A stretch of DNA of 63,791 nucleotides, filler included, from Collodictyon triciliatum (taxonomy: Eukaryota): NCBI GenBank assembly GCA_043381765.1. It is 17 parts of 17 records of this genome, joined end to end, with 100 filler letters (N's around TTAATTAATTAA, not from the genome) between each part and the next. Parts side by side here need not be neighbours in the genome. Positions count along the whole stretch, not along the records: positions 33,817 to 37,469 come from JBHJMP010007039.1; positions 37,570 to 41,220 come from JBHJMP010007040.1; positions 41,321 to 45,058 come from JBHJMP010007041.1; positions 45,159 to 48,807 come from JBHJMP010007042.1; 13 more parts are not named here. The stretch is one strand, 5' to 3'. The number at the start of each line of letters is the position of its first letter. Positions within the stretch are counted from its first letter, which is position 1. The notes under the pieces were generated by a model. That model worked only from the letters and a program-made list of their open reading frames with translations, did no database searches and had not been told where the DNA came from. Made by a program: the position numbers and the translations under genes. Positions 33,817 through 45,731 of this stretch are shown piece after piece.

Positions 33817-36800
33817 ATTCATCTCGAAGAATTAAATGCAGCTTTGTTTTATAAATAATAGAAGCCTACCATCGAATACAAACAGTTCGTTATTTATGGT
33901 ATCATCACCATCTATTCCACCAAAAATATGCAAACTCGAGTAGAATCCAGAGACAATAACATCATCAGCCGTTATATTACCCAGACCACCGATATAATTC
34001 CATGTTTTCGAACCTATGAAAATTGAGCGTGGATAATTTCTATATCATCTGCTATCATTTATAAAAAAAAAACATAGAAAAATCTACAAGTTTCAAATGA
34101 GTACCAATATTTTTTCCATTATTCGATTCAAAATGAGCACCAAGATTGTTGTATATACCTTCATCAAAACACCGTATTTCTCTTTCAACATATTTTTCTC
34201 CGTATTCTATAGTGGTGTCCATGTAACAAAACATCTCATTCATGGAAAATCCAAATGCATGTGTCCTTGTTTTGTTTGAGCTTTCTCTTACATTAATTAC
34301 ATAGTGGCTTTTATCTTCCATGTCCAATACAAATATATCTTTTGAAATGCTTGTTCCGTTTGTGCTCATCCCTCCCCAAATTATCATCTTAAATTCAATT
34401 ATTGTATAGAGGAAAGAATATCTTGCACCCAACGATTCATAAGTGTTATGGTTACATTTCATATTTTCCCACGTTTTATTGCCTATATAGAGTATTTAAA
34501 TATCTGAACAAAATTATAATAGGCATATTCATTGAGGTTCTGCCGGTGAAAGGAAAATAACTTACCTATATGGTATTGTTTCATAATTGGCAAATTGTTT
34601 TCAGGAAAGTATCCACCAATCAAGTAAAATACTCTATCATAATATCCAAAGCCCTGTCAAAATAAAAGATAAAAAAATAATCGTTTTCAATTAAGATTTC
34701 AAAAATTCGTGTTTGGTTTTGGATTATGTTTTCATTTCGGATTGTTCATTATTAAGACGTAACCCCTACCGCATCAATGACACTCGGACCACAATCTGAC
34801 TGACGAGGAAAACAGACCGACTCTTGAAGTACTCTCTCCCATTTTTTGGAATCTAAAAATAAGAGGAATTAAATGCGATTCCTTAAATTTTTTGAGTGAG
34901 ATTATTAAACTTTTAAAAAAATACCAGTGTAATATATCCACAAGTCGTTTATCGGCTGCTTTGTATCTAGATGCACAAGTCCTCCAAACATAGCAATTCT
35001 GGACTCATCCATCTGGGCTATGTGAGGCTCCTCTCTTCCGATTGGATACAGTGAGAGGCTGCTGTTTGTCCATCTTTGAATTCCTATTTTAATTTGAATT
35101 TACTGAGTGAGCAAATTTACGTAAATCTTGACTTCAATAGAACAAAGCGAGAGTTTTTTCTTTTGAATAGACATTTTAATTTCATTTGCTAAGTCAAAAT
35201 AAGGTAAAATGAAAGCCAAATCAAGAAAGTACTTGTATCAAAAACCCAGAAGTCATTCATCCTTTTTGTATTATGTCCACCCAAAATGAAAAATGAATCC
35301 CTTGAGAATGAGCCAGATACTTGATACCGAGGTACAGGCGAGCTTATGGGATAATTTGACATGAAATTTGGAACATCGGATGTCACGACTCGAGCCGTCA
35401 TATTAACTATTAAATTTGAGAAAAAGTACTTACTGCTTGTCATCTTTAAATATTGCAAAAAATATTGGGTCAGCTATAATGGGATAAAAACCAACCGAGA
35501 TTGATTATGACAAGTTCATTTGATTTTTTTGAAAGACCAAAGTCATATGAACCCCCAAAGACATAAAGGTCGTGCTTGTAAATTAATATTGCCGCATAGT
35601 AAGTTGATGCCACGTTTACAAATTCCACAGGCTCTTGCCATTCATACGTTGCTAGTTACATTTTCGTTAGTTTTGAATGATTTAAGTAGGTAATTCGTTG
35701 ATATTGAATATTGGCAAATAGTACTTAGGTTAAAAACCCATAGTGTTGGTGAGAAATAATAATATATATTGCATCCTCCAAAAGTTACGATGGAATCCTC
35801 ATAAGTTGTCATTTGTGTGTAAGAAAGAAAGGGAGAAAATGCTTCATTTTTCAGATTTGGTTTAATTTTTTTCCAAGAGCTTGTTTCTACAGATAATTTT
35901 GTTAATTCCTTTAATTATCAAACAGCTTGACTAAACGTGCAAAAAATTATTATTATTAAAAGAAAATTGTCATACTGATATTGAATTCCCATATATCTGA
36001 AGCAGGATTTCCATTGTAACCACCAAGAATATAAAGCCTATGTTGATACGAAGCACAAGCCATTTGCATTATGGGTTTTGGTTTGTTTTTTGATGCATAA
36101 ATCACTTTCTTCCATTCAAAGCTGTGTAAGTTGAGGGAGAACATTTCGTTTGAAGCAACCAAGCCCTCCCATGTGATTCCCCCAAACATGTAAATCTAAA
36201 AAAAAAAAAAAAATGACATATTTCGAATTTTTATAATTGAAGGGATAAGTTAACCTCATTGTCACAAAACCCCTCCCTTGAATATAGAGGAAAAAAGCTA
36301 ACCTCATCGCCCACTAGGTAAGTGCAATAATATGCCCTCCGTTCAGGAATATTTCCAAAGGTTTTTACCCAGGACCATTCCAATGATGCTAATTTCGATT
36401 TTATAGATTGATTTTTATCAAAAATGCGTATAATTTATTGATTTTGAATTTACAATAGAATGTCGCAATTACCCGTGTGTAGCATCCACACTCTGTCAAA
36501 ACGAGGTGCTGGGTCGTCATACTCATTATTTTGACTACAGAAGACGGTGGCATAGAATCAGAATGGCTCCATGAAATGAATATATACAATTTAAAAAGAT
36601 AAGCGAATAAAATATCAAACTCGTCGCCCAAAAGGTATATTGTTTCATTCCTGGAAACTGTGTAGGCGCCTCGAAAAGGATTGGGAGCCATAGAAGAGTA
36701 CTCCCATTCCACTTTTAATAAAGATTAAAATTATTTCTCATAATTGACTTTCCACAACGCTTATTTTTTTATTCAAAAGCATGTTTTATATCGAATAAGA

Positions 36801-36928
36801 GAGGGATAAAATAAATGAATATTTATAAAAAAACCTGATAGTATGAAAACCACCGAAATTGGTATTGAAAAGAAGATTATCTTAATCGATCTTCGGCACA
36901 AATCGACAAACTTTTGAGACTTTATCAT
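33817..36928 (-). CDS. Kelch-repeat protein with N-terminal hydrophobic signal/anchor, many exons, 3' partial
   Basis: Exon 1 reads MIKSQKFVDLCRRSIKIIFFSIPISVVFILS (36928-36835). Kelch motifs recur: LYILGGYNG...DIWEFNI, FFILGGHNTKRMNDFWVFD and MIIWGG. Confidence 0.75.
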
Positions 36929-37020
36929 GACGAGCTGCTAAATCTCTCGAATAAAAAAGCATATTTTCATAATTGTTACTGCGCACTTACTCTTGCTGTA
37001 CGAATTGATTTTCCCTGTTA

Positions 37021-37053
<33 letters not shown>

Positions 37054-38518
37054 CTTTTTTTCTTTTTTCATTTTTTCTCTTTTTCTCTTTTTCTACTTTC
37101 TATTTTTCTCTTTTTCTCTTTTTCTCTTTTTGTCTTTTTCTCTTTTTCTCTTTTCTTTTTTATTCTGTCCTCTCTTTATTCCTCTTTTTCCTTCTTTTTT
37201 CTTTTATTCTTTGTTTCTTTGTTTCTTTCTTTATTTCTTTATTTCTTTATTTCTTTATTTCTTTATTTATTTATTTATTTATTTGGTTGGTTGGTTGGTT
37301 CTATTAGTTTGTTAGCTTGTTTGTTTTGTTTTGTTTTGTTTGTTTTGTTTTTTGCTTTTTGCTTTTTGCTTTTTGCTTTTTGCTTTTTGTTTTTTGTTTT
37401 TTGTTTTTTTGTTTTTTTGTTTTTTGTATTTTTGTTTTTTTTTGTTTTTTTTGTTTTTTTTTGTTTTTTNNNNNNNNNNNNNNNNNNNNNNNNNNNNNNN
37501 NNNNNNNNNNNNNTTAATTAATTAANNNNNNNNNNNNNNNNNNNNNNNNNNNNNNNNNNNNNNNNNNNNAGAAAGAAAAAGAAAGAAAAAGAAAGAAAAA
37601 GAAAGAAAAAGAAAGAAAAAGAAAGAAAAAGAAAGAAAAAGAAAGAAAAAGAAAGAAAAGAAAGAAAAAGAAAAAAGAAAACAAAAAAAGAAAAGAAAAG
37701 AAAACGAAAAAGTCAGTGGGAACACGACAACTGTTTTAAGAACTCGCAAGGAAATGATCTAAAGATCGAGCTTTTCTGTCATGCCGAGCAAAAAAGAAGA
37801 AAAAGAAAAAGAGAAAAAAAGAGACTCAGACTCTGCGCTTATCGACAAGGCAAAACTCAGATACAGTCTTCCGTGTTGCGAGCGTGAGCGGCATTTGAAT
37901 CGACCGTAACAAGCAGTGAACAAGAAGCAACGAGCCAAACACGCGGACTTTTGTAGTCCTTTTCTTTTCTCCTCTCGTTTGGAGGTGTTATTCGAACGAA
38001 AGAAAGTGTAGGCGGGATATGACAGATGGCATCATAAACAATGATTACAAAGGAAAGAAAGAAAGAAAGAAAGAAAGAAAGTCACTATCATCGATATGAT
38101 TGGTTGTGCAAGATTTAATGTGTGATTGATAATGTTGCAAACGATAGTTGTTCTTTTCTTTGCGTCGCTGGGTTAGGTTGGGGTGGATTTACAGGCTAGT
38201 TGGAGAGTTGGATGGAAAGAGTGGGCGGTGTGGAACTGGGAGATGTAATAAAAAAAAAATATAGTAATCATTTGCTTGGTGATAAGACGCGGGTCTGTGT
38301 CCTCTTCATTTTCTAAATGCCCATATCTAAAGCGAATAAAAAAAAAAACTAAAAAAATAATTAAAAACCATCACAAAAACCATCACAAAAACTATCACAA
38401 AAACTATCACAAAAACAATCACAAAAAAACAATCACAAAAAGCATATTTAGATCAATATTTAGATGTTTACAAGGTAAGGCATCGAAAAACAAATGTGAA
38501 TTTGCGCACACCAGAGCC

Positions 38519-39238
38519 TCAGTAGGAATCTTTCAGCGACGGAGGCCCTTTCATCATCCTTTGGATGCGGTCAAAAGTCAAATCATATGCTGTGATGTCG
38601 TCGGACACGCGCTGGAACTTCACCAAGTGGGATGTCCCGTCCAAGATATTAACGATGTTGACTTTGAACTCCAGAGTGGCTTTCATTCATGCGGTTATTT
38701 TAATATTTATTTCCTGGCTTCTGGTTTTTAACTTTTTTTTTCAGTTTGTCTCAAATATGATAGAGCGGTAATGTAAAACAACTCACAATGGTATTCTCTA
38801 AGTCGGCAGTGATAATTACTGTCGTCGATTGTCGTGCAATCGATTTCGAGCTCAGATAATGATTTGAACAAGAGTTCTACCGTGTCTTCATAGTTTTTCG
38901 TTACGACAAAGCCAAACGACCTGTGTTGAGAGTGCAAAGAACATGATTATTGTGATTAGAGCCATCTTTGAATCGAATAAAGGAAGGAATTATGACTAGT
39001 GGTATATAGATTGCATATGGGTATATGCTTTGTATGACTGATGATTACCTTGATGTACTGACTTTGCGGGTAGGAATTGGAGATGAAGACAAAGGTGGAG
39101 AAGATGCGAGAGCGTCGACGGAAGGCTTCAAATAAAAGGGGATAATGAACCATTATTTTTAAATGAGAAATAACCCCTTATTTAAAGTCACGTCATGTTT
39201 TTTCTTTTTTCTTTTATTTATGTTTCTTTGTGTGTGTT

Positions 39239-39311
<73 letters not shown>

Positions 39312-41040
39312 GAATTGGGGTATTGGGTCTTCAAAAACGTAATATTTGATAAATTTTGGTACTAACCTGTTTGGAATCAGAGCCAAAGCCAAAGAAGGAC
39401 CACTTTGGACTAGTAGAAAAGGTAGCATATTTGAAGTTGCAGAAGAGTGCGTACCGAAATCAACAATTACATTTAGTATCGGCGATGAGTTTTTTTTTTT
39501 GTTAAAAGGAATTGTAATCTTTATGTGACACATTAAAATTTCTTCTTTTCTTATTTTTTGATATAAAAAAGTTAAACAAAGGCTACGTTGAACTTGATGG
39601 AGGCGAGTTAGGCAATTCTGGCACTGTGTATTAAAAAAAAAGAATCGTAAATACATATATGTTCTTTTACTCTAAAATTATGTTTAATAGGGATTACAGA
39701 ATTTCTTTCGAAAAAATCGTGGTGTTCCATCGAACATAGACTCTTCAGGCGATTCTTTTGGTTTGATTGCCGATATTGCCCCAGGGGAGTCTTCGCCCTC
39801 ATCTGGTTGATGCAAAAGTATAAAAAAAAAAAATCGTCAAATTAACATACACCAAAAGACCTGCGACTGTAACGTTCAGTTCGATTAAACAAGGTGAATA
39901 TTACGGTCAGGGTAAGAGCCTCGGTGCTGTGGAGAACCTCTAATAATTAATGTGCGAAATGGGTAATAAGACTTAATCTCAAAAAGTCATGTGATAAAAT
40001 AAATGCAATATTTTGAGACGTTATTTGGGGTGCTTTCGGGGAAATTTAGAAGTGGGATAACGATGAAAATACTAGTATTTTTTTTTTATTGCTACAAGCA
40101 TTGAAACCATAATGATAATGATTATGATATCTATTTAGTATTGGTGTTGACATTGTTTCTTTGGCGAAATAACAGAAAGTGGAACGAGAGAGAGGAAAAA
40201 GAAAACAAGAGAAGGAAAAAGGCGTAAACAAACCCTTCTCCTTTGGATGTTAACCGGAGAAAAGCGTTTCGGAACCATGATTTTGGTTTGCTTGCGCTCC
40301 CCTCGTCCAAAGAAGAACTCCTTTTGGTTATGAGGGGAAATCAACAACACCGATTTTTCTTTTTTGACTGATGCAAACAAAAGGTCATAAATCATAGGTA
40401 CACATCCAAGGAACATATGATTGAAAACGAACACTGCTTTGGGTGATTCTCCAAATGACCTGCTAGCAGGGCGGCCCTGATTAGGGATTGAGATTGATCT
40501 GCGGGGAGGGGGAGAACTTGGCTTGGCCTTCATCACTTTCTTTTTCTTCTCGTACAGTAGGTAATATACCTTCTCTATTGTCCTCCTACAGGTCGCACAC
40601 ATTTATTTCAGAAAATTAACTGGATGAAAGATTTGATCTTTTATACAATATCACTTAATTTACCATGTTTTCTAGGATGAGCAGTAATAGTTACAGTGAA
40701 AAATGAAATAAAATAAAGTAAAATTTGAAGAATGAATCGCATATAAGCAAGATTAATTACTCAGGCGATATCAGTTTTGTCAGAATTTCTTCTTCAGAAC
40801 CCCAACCAAGTGTGTGTAGATCGGTTATTACCTCCCAGTCAAGGTTATCATACTTTAGATTCTCATGAAACTATAGCGTAAAATTGATTTCAGAATTACG
40901 TAAGGTGAAGATTCCGAATAAACATACTACGATTTTGCTGTATCAACAGAAAACAAACAATAGACTGATGAACTGATGATGAGGCCAGTATTTTAGGGGT
41001 GCTGCTCAGAAACCAGGGATGGTTTTTAATTCCTTGGATC
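38519..41040 (-). CDS. CAMKL (BRSK/Nim1-like) Ser/Thr kinase C-terminal part: end of kinase domain, UBA, KA1; 5' partial
   Basis: IKNHPWF marks the kinase end. UBA-like NLDWEVITDLHTLGW...EKVYYLLYEKK. KA1-like LEFKVNIVNILDGTSHLVKFQRVSDDITAYDLTFDRI ends at TGA 38521-38519. Confidence 0.7.
39246..39308. repeat. (GT)n microsatellite (intronic)
   Basis: Directly visible. Confidence 0.95.
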
Positions 41041-41090
41041 TGTGTCGCATCAGGACAGAAATGCCAGTTAAAAGTTATGGGTTTTGTATA

Positions 41091-41195
<105 letters not shown>

Positions 41196-42164
41196 GAGCC
41201 ATTTCCTATTTTTTTGCTTTNNNNNNNNNNNNNNNNNNNNNNNNNNNNNNNNNNNNNNNNNNNNTTAATTAATTAANNNNNNNNNNNNNNNNNNNNNNNN
41301 NNNNNNNNNNNNNNNNNNNNAAAACAAAAAACAAAAAACAAAAAACAAAAAACAAAAAACAAAAAACAAAAAACAAAAAACAAAAAACAAAAACCAAAAA
41401 CCAAAAACCAAAAAACAAGAACCAAAAAACAGAAAACAAAAACAAAAAAAAAAAAAAAACAAAAAACAAAAAACAAAAAACAAAAAACAAAAAACAAAAA
41501 ACAAAAAACAAAAAACAAAAAACCAAAAACCAAAAACAAAAACAAAAAACAAAAAACCAAAAACCAAAAAACAAGAACCAAAAAACAGAAAACAAAAACA
41601 AAAACAAAAAAAAAAACATCGCTCGAGTGCAGGAAAAATCGTTCGGAAAAATGGGAAGCATTGCCCTTTTTTAACAAGCACAGAAAATAATAGTGATTGA
41701 GAGGAAAAGAGCCTGGCCTTCGTCGACACGCTTTCAGTAACATACCTTTGCCCATTATTGCTTGGGAAAAAGCAGAACCAAAGAGGAGACAGAGACAATA
41801 TTTCTTTTCTTCGATCCGCTCCCTTAAATCAGGTCTCACCATGTGTAAAATATTAATACTGAAGTTAAAAGAATTCCCCTTCTCCCATCCTGGATATTCG
41901 TATTTGCGTGTAAAATGATAAATACAAATATATGAACAAGAAAAGTAATACCAAATAATTGTACCAAATGTAAAGGAGCTATTGAATCAAATGACTTGTC
42001 CTCATTATTTGGTATTGATAGGAATTATTATTTTTTTGAAAAAAAGGAAGTACTACCCCCGGTTGCCTGTTAAAAAAAAACTGCCGAAATATCTCGCCCA
42101 AGATCTCTGTATGTATTTCAATCTATGATTGAGATATCCTAACATTTTTCCTCCTCTTATTTAG

Positions 42165-43424
42165 ATGACGCCACAAATCAATTTTATTGCCTACCTTTTT
42201 TGCGTTGCCGTTGTTCTCGAAAGTGCTTTTTGGTACGGAAATGTCCGATCTCATGAGCACAGCACGAGGCTTTATGCCCCGCCACAACCGATCGATTACA
42301 TCAAAGTGATCGACGCACCACAGATGGACGATGATAATAACTGGATTGCCATCGGTCACCCCTACAATTGCCAAGGAAGAGGACTCGTGACTATTCATCA
42401 AAAAACATTCTCTGAAATATCAAGCATCCAAGCAATCCATCCACCTTCTTGCCCAGAAAAGTCAACAACATCCTCGGAATGTTCCTTGTGTGGAATGGAT
42501 CTCGAGCTTCCATGGCTGTTTGGTCACTCTGTTGCAATGGAAAACGGTATTTTGGTTGTTGGGGCTCCCCGCTTTGGTGGAAAAGGTACTATCTTCGTTT
42601 TTTCTCGTCATGAATCAGAATACCGGTTAAGACAGTTCTTAGATGCTCCAGAACCTCAAGTAGCCCTTTTCGGGCTGAATTTAGCCATCATCAATAACAA
42701 AATATATGCATCCTTAATATCGGAACCCGCATATCTTGTTGAGTTATTCGTTTGCCTGCACGAAAGTGGACATTGTGAAGCATATACTAATTACCAACTC
42801 CCAAGCGTAAATACACCGTTTCACGACAATCCATCCACTGCAGTTACGCCATTATCCACCTTATCAGGCTCAGTACGAAAAGGTGTCTTCTCTGTTCTTG
42901 TAGGGCACAAATGTTCCGACGAAACATCGACATGCCGCTTGACTACTGTTCTCCCTTTGGACCAATCAAAGGAAGTGAAACAGTATTCAATGAACATTGA
43001 CCTAGCTGGCCATGAATCAGTGTTTGTTGTGAATAGCTGCATGATATCAGCAGAAATGGTTGCCATAGTCACAGGATCCACCATAGAGGCCGGCTGGTTC
43101 CGTACCATATTTTTCCGATTCAATCATGATGGTTGGCAGGCCACAAACGATTCATTAGAGTGGGAACAAACAAGCTGTCAACTACTTTTCTCCTTTGTGG
43201 ATATAAAAGCATATGTACTGATTTGGATTGGCTTAGGTCCTTCTAACATTCATCGTGTAACGATTTTTAATATGAACACATTGTCAGTTATATCCAGAGT
43301 GGATTTTTCATCAAATGTAAATACCAAAGCCAGGAATGATTGCGAAGATGTATTTGAAAGCTCTAAATTTAGTTCATTGGAATTCTACCAGCTTTACCCC
43401 TTAATCTTTCCCCGTAAGTTTTAA
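42165..43424 (+). CDS. Secreted FG-GAP/integrin-alpha-like beta-propeller protein (long exon; may continue via the donor at 43414)
   Basis: Signal-like MTPQINFIAYLFCVAVVLESA; FG-GAP motif FGHSVAMENGILVVGAPRFGGKGTIFVF; WIAIGHP; FGLNLAI. Confidence 0.65.
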   Translation: MTPQINFIAYLFCVAVVLESAFWYGNVRSHEHSTRLYAPPQPIDYIKVIDAPQMDDDNNWIAIGHPYNCQGRGLVTIHQKTFSEISSIQAIHPPSCPEKSTTSSECSLCGMDLELPWLFGHSVAMENGILVVGAPRFGGKGTIFVFSRHESEYRLRQFLDAPEPQVALFGLNLAIINNKIYASLISEPAYLVELFVCLHESGHCEAYTNYQLPSVNTPFHDNPSTAVTPLSTLSGSVRKGVFSVLVGHKCSDETSTCRLTTVLPLDQSKEVKQYSMNIDLAGHESVFVVNSCMISAEMVAIVTGSTIEAGWFRTIFFRFNHDGWQATNDSLEWEQTSCQLLFSFVDIKAYVLIWIGLGPSNIHRVTIFNMNTLSVISRVDFSSNVNTKARNDCEDVFESSKFSSLEFYQLYPLIFPRKF

Positions 43425-44374
43425 CCCATTAGATGTACTTTGCGAAAACCCTTCCCTTTAATCGAATAAAGGAGAGAAAAACATCTCTTTTGACAAATTT
43501 TCTAAATTGTTTGAGAATTCAATATTTTAATTCGAGGCATTATCAAATGATGATGCGAAAATAATTTAGAGAAAGCAACAACCATTTTTGGTTTATCAAG
43601 GAAACGTCTCCACCAAAACCAAATGCCTAATTCTGATTATAAAATACTCGAGCTAAACAAACAATCAACTTACCAAAGCTTCTCAAGTTTCCACTCGAAA
43701 AGGTATATATAACTTGAGACTATGGTTCACTTTTACGAATCCATAAAAATATGTATAATTTGCACAGTATGCCATAGATATCTTGATATTCACTCAGAAA
43801 TTATGTAGGAAGTTGCACCATCGGATAAGGAACCAAATGCAGTCCACAAATGAACTTATTAGTGGTCTATATTCTCACTTTTTTTTTATCATCAAATCAC
43901 TCAATGTTGCAAATTAATCTTACATTACAAGAGATATTTTTAATCTTGATTATATGACAAACAAAAAAATAAACAAATGATAAACAAAAAATAAACAAAA
44001 AATAAACAAAACAAAAAACAAAAAACAAAAAACAAAAAATTAAGCAAAAATAAACAAAAACAAACAAAAAAACAGAAGTGAACAAACGAACACACATGAC
44101 TATTGATAGAACCCCTCACTCCATGATGATACATATGTTTATTTAATTTTATTTTATGTGAACAAACAGATGGAAGGCCATTCCCCGATAATACCACAAG
44201 ATTTCGGAAAACTGATAAAAAATATATTTGCTTAGTATTAACCCGAGAATTATCCATGTTAAGCAGAAAAACCTGGTTACTTTCACTTGGTCTGTTGTTT
44301 GTCTGTTTCTAATATTTACAAGTTATTCAACAAAATTTTGAATTTCCTTGCTCATTCCTCTAACAAATCACACA

Positions 44375-45058
44375 GGAGAGGAAACAAGCACTCCAAATCA
44401 TGATGAGGGATATCCGTTGAATGATGGATTAATTTCGCATCAGAAGACAACAACCCTTGACTGCATTGTGAATAAATATGTGCATCTAATCAAATCAGGG
44501 GATCTCAGCCAAAATAATTGTACGGAACACCATTTGTACAAAATTATATTTGGCCTAGCTTCCCTTGATGGAGCAAAAAATGAAAATAACTTTTACAGAA
44601 AGGAGACACCGATATCAGCTACTCAACAAAGAAGCATTGAATTGATGAGCCTGAAAAGATTGAATCAGAAGCAAAATTTAACGAAAACAAAAAAATCATG
44701 TAGCAAAGCACAATCCCAATCCCAATCCCAATCCCAATCCCAATCCCAATCCCAATCCCAATCCCAATCCCAATCTCAATCTCAATCTCAATCCCAATCT
44801 CAATCCCAATCCCAATCAAATATACAATCAGTATCACCATCGCAATCAGAATCTGATTATTCATCTGAATCCCAGTCCCAATCCCAGTCTCAATCCCAAT
44901 CCCAATCCCAATCTATGTCGCTATCAGTCTCACAATCACAATCAGAATCTGATTATTCATCTGAATCCCAATCCCAATCCCAATCCCAATCCCAATCCCA
45001 ATCCCAATCCCAATCCCAATCCCAATCCCAATCCCAATCCCAATCCCAATCCCAATCC
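44375..45058 (+). CDS. Exon ending in (SQ)n mucin-like repeats encoded by (CAATCC)n; possibly part of the upstream secreted gene
   Basis: Open frame after a CACAG acceptor. The hexamer repeat at 44711-45058 shows synonymous TCC/TCT variation and in-frame SESDYSSE interruptions. Confidence 0.45.
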
Positions 45059-45158
45059 NNNNNNNNNNNNNNNNNNNNNNNNNNNNNNNNNNNNNNNNNN
45101 NNTTAATTAATTAANNNNNNNNNNNNNNNNNNNNNNNNNNNNNNNNNNNNNNNNNNNN

Positions 45159-45256
45159 GAAGAAGAAGAAGAAGAAGAAGAAGAAGAAGAAGAAGAAGAA
45201 GAAGAAGAAGAAGAAGAAGAAGAAGAAGAAGAAGAAGAAGAAGAAGAAGAAGAAGA
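45159..45256. repeat. (GAA)n microsatellite
   Basis: Directly visible. Confidence 0.95.
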
Positions 45257-45731
45257 CTTTCATCGCGTGGGAATGCAAAAGAGTGGAATACTGCGAAATG
45301 AATTTAACACTTGAAAGAAAAGCAAAATCCGCATGGTGTAGACGGGGATACATGTAAAGAAGAGAAGAAATAATCAAAGTTGGATTGAAAAAATCCACAA
45401 AAAAAACACATGGAAGTTTTTATGGGCAACTTAGGCGAATCCTAGTCGAAAAGTGCATCCACAAATGGATATAGATTGTCGAAATTGGATGTAGTAGCAA
45501 TGTATTGATAACAAATGTGGATATTATATTTTCAAACAATTCGCCACCCAAACAAAAAATTGAAACGAAAAAAAGGAACAAAAGAGGCAACAAACAAATG
45601 ATCTGAATGCAGCCACCCAAGCTTGGCGCAGCGGGCCACACCAGAGGGCCACAACAGAACATGAAGGCTGTGCGACATAATTCATGAACATATGAAACCT
45701 CATTAAAGTACCTTTTTGTTTTATAGGGCTC

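Noticed and set aside
36914-37749. F-, Y-, I-, N- or L-rich ORFs here and at 2088, 21766, 28827, 41265, 56135 and 59730
   Set aside because: They are translations of microsatellites and N gaps.
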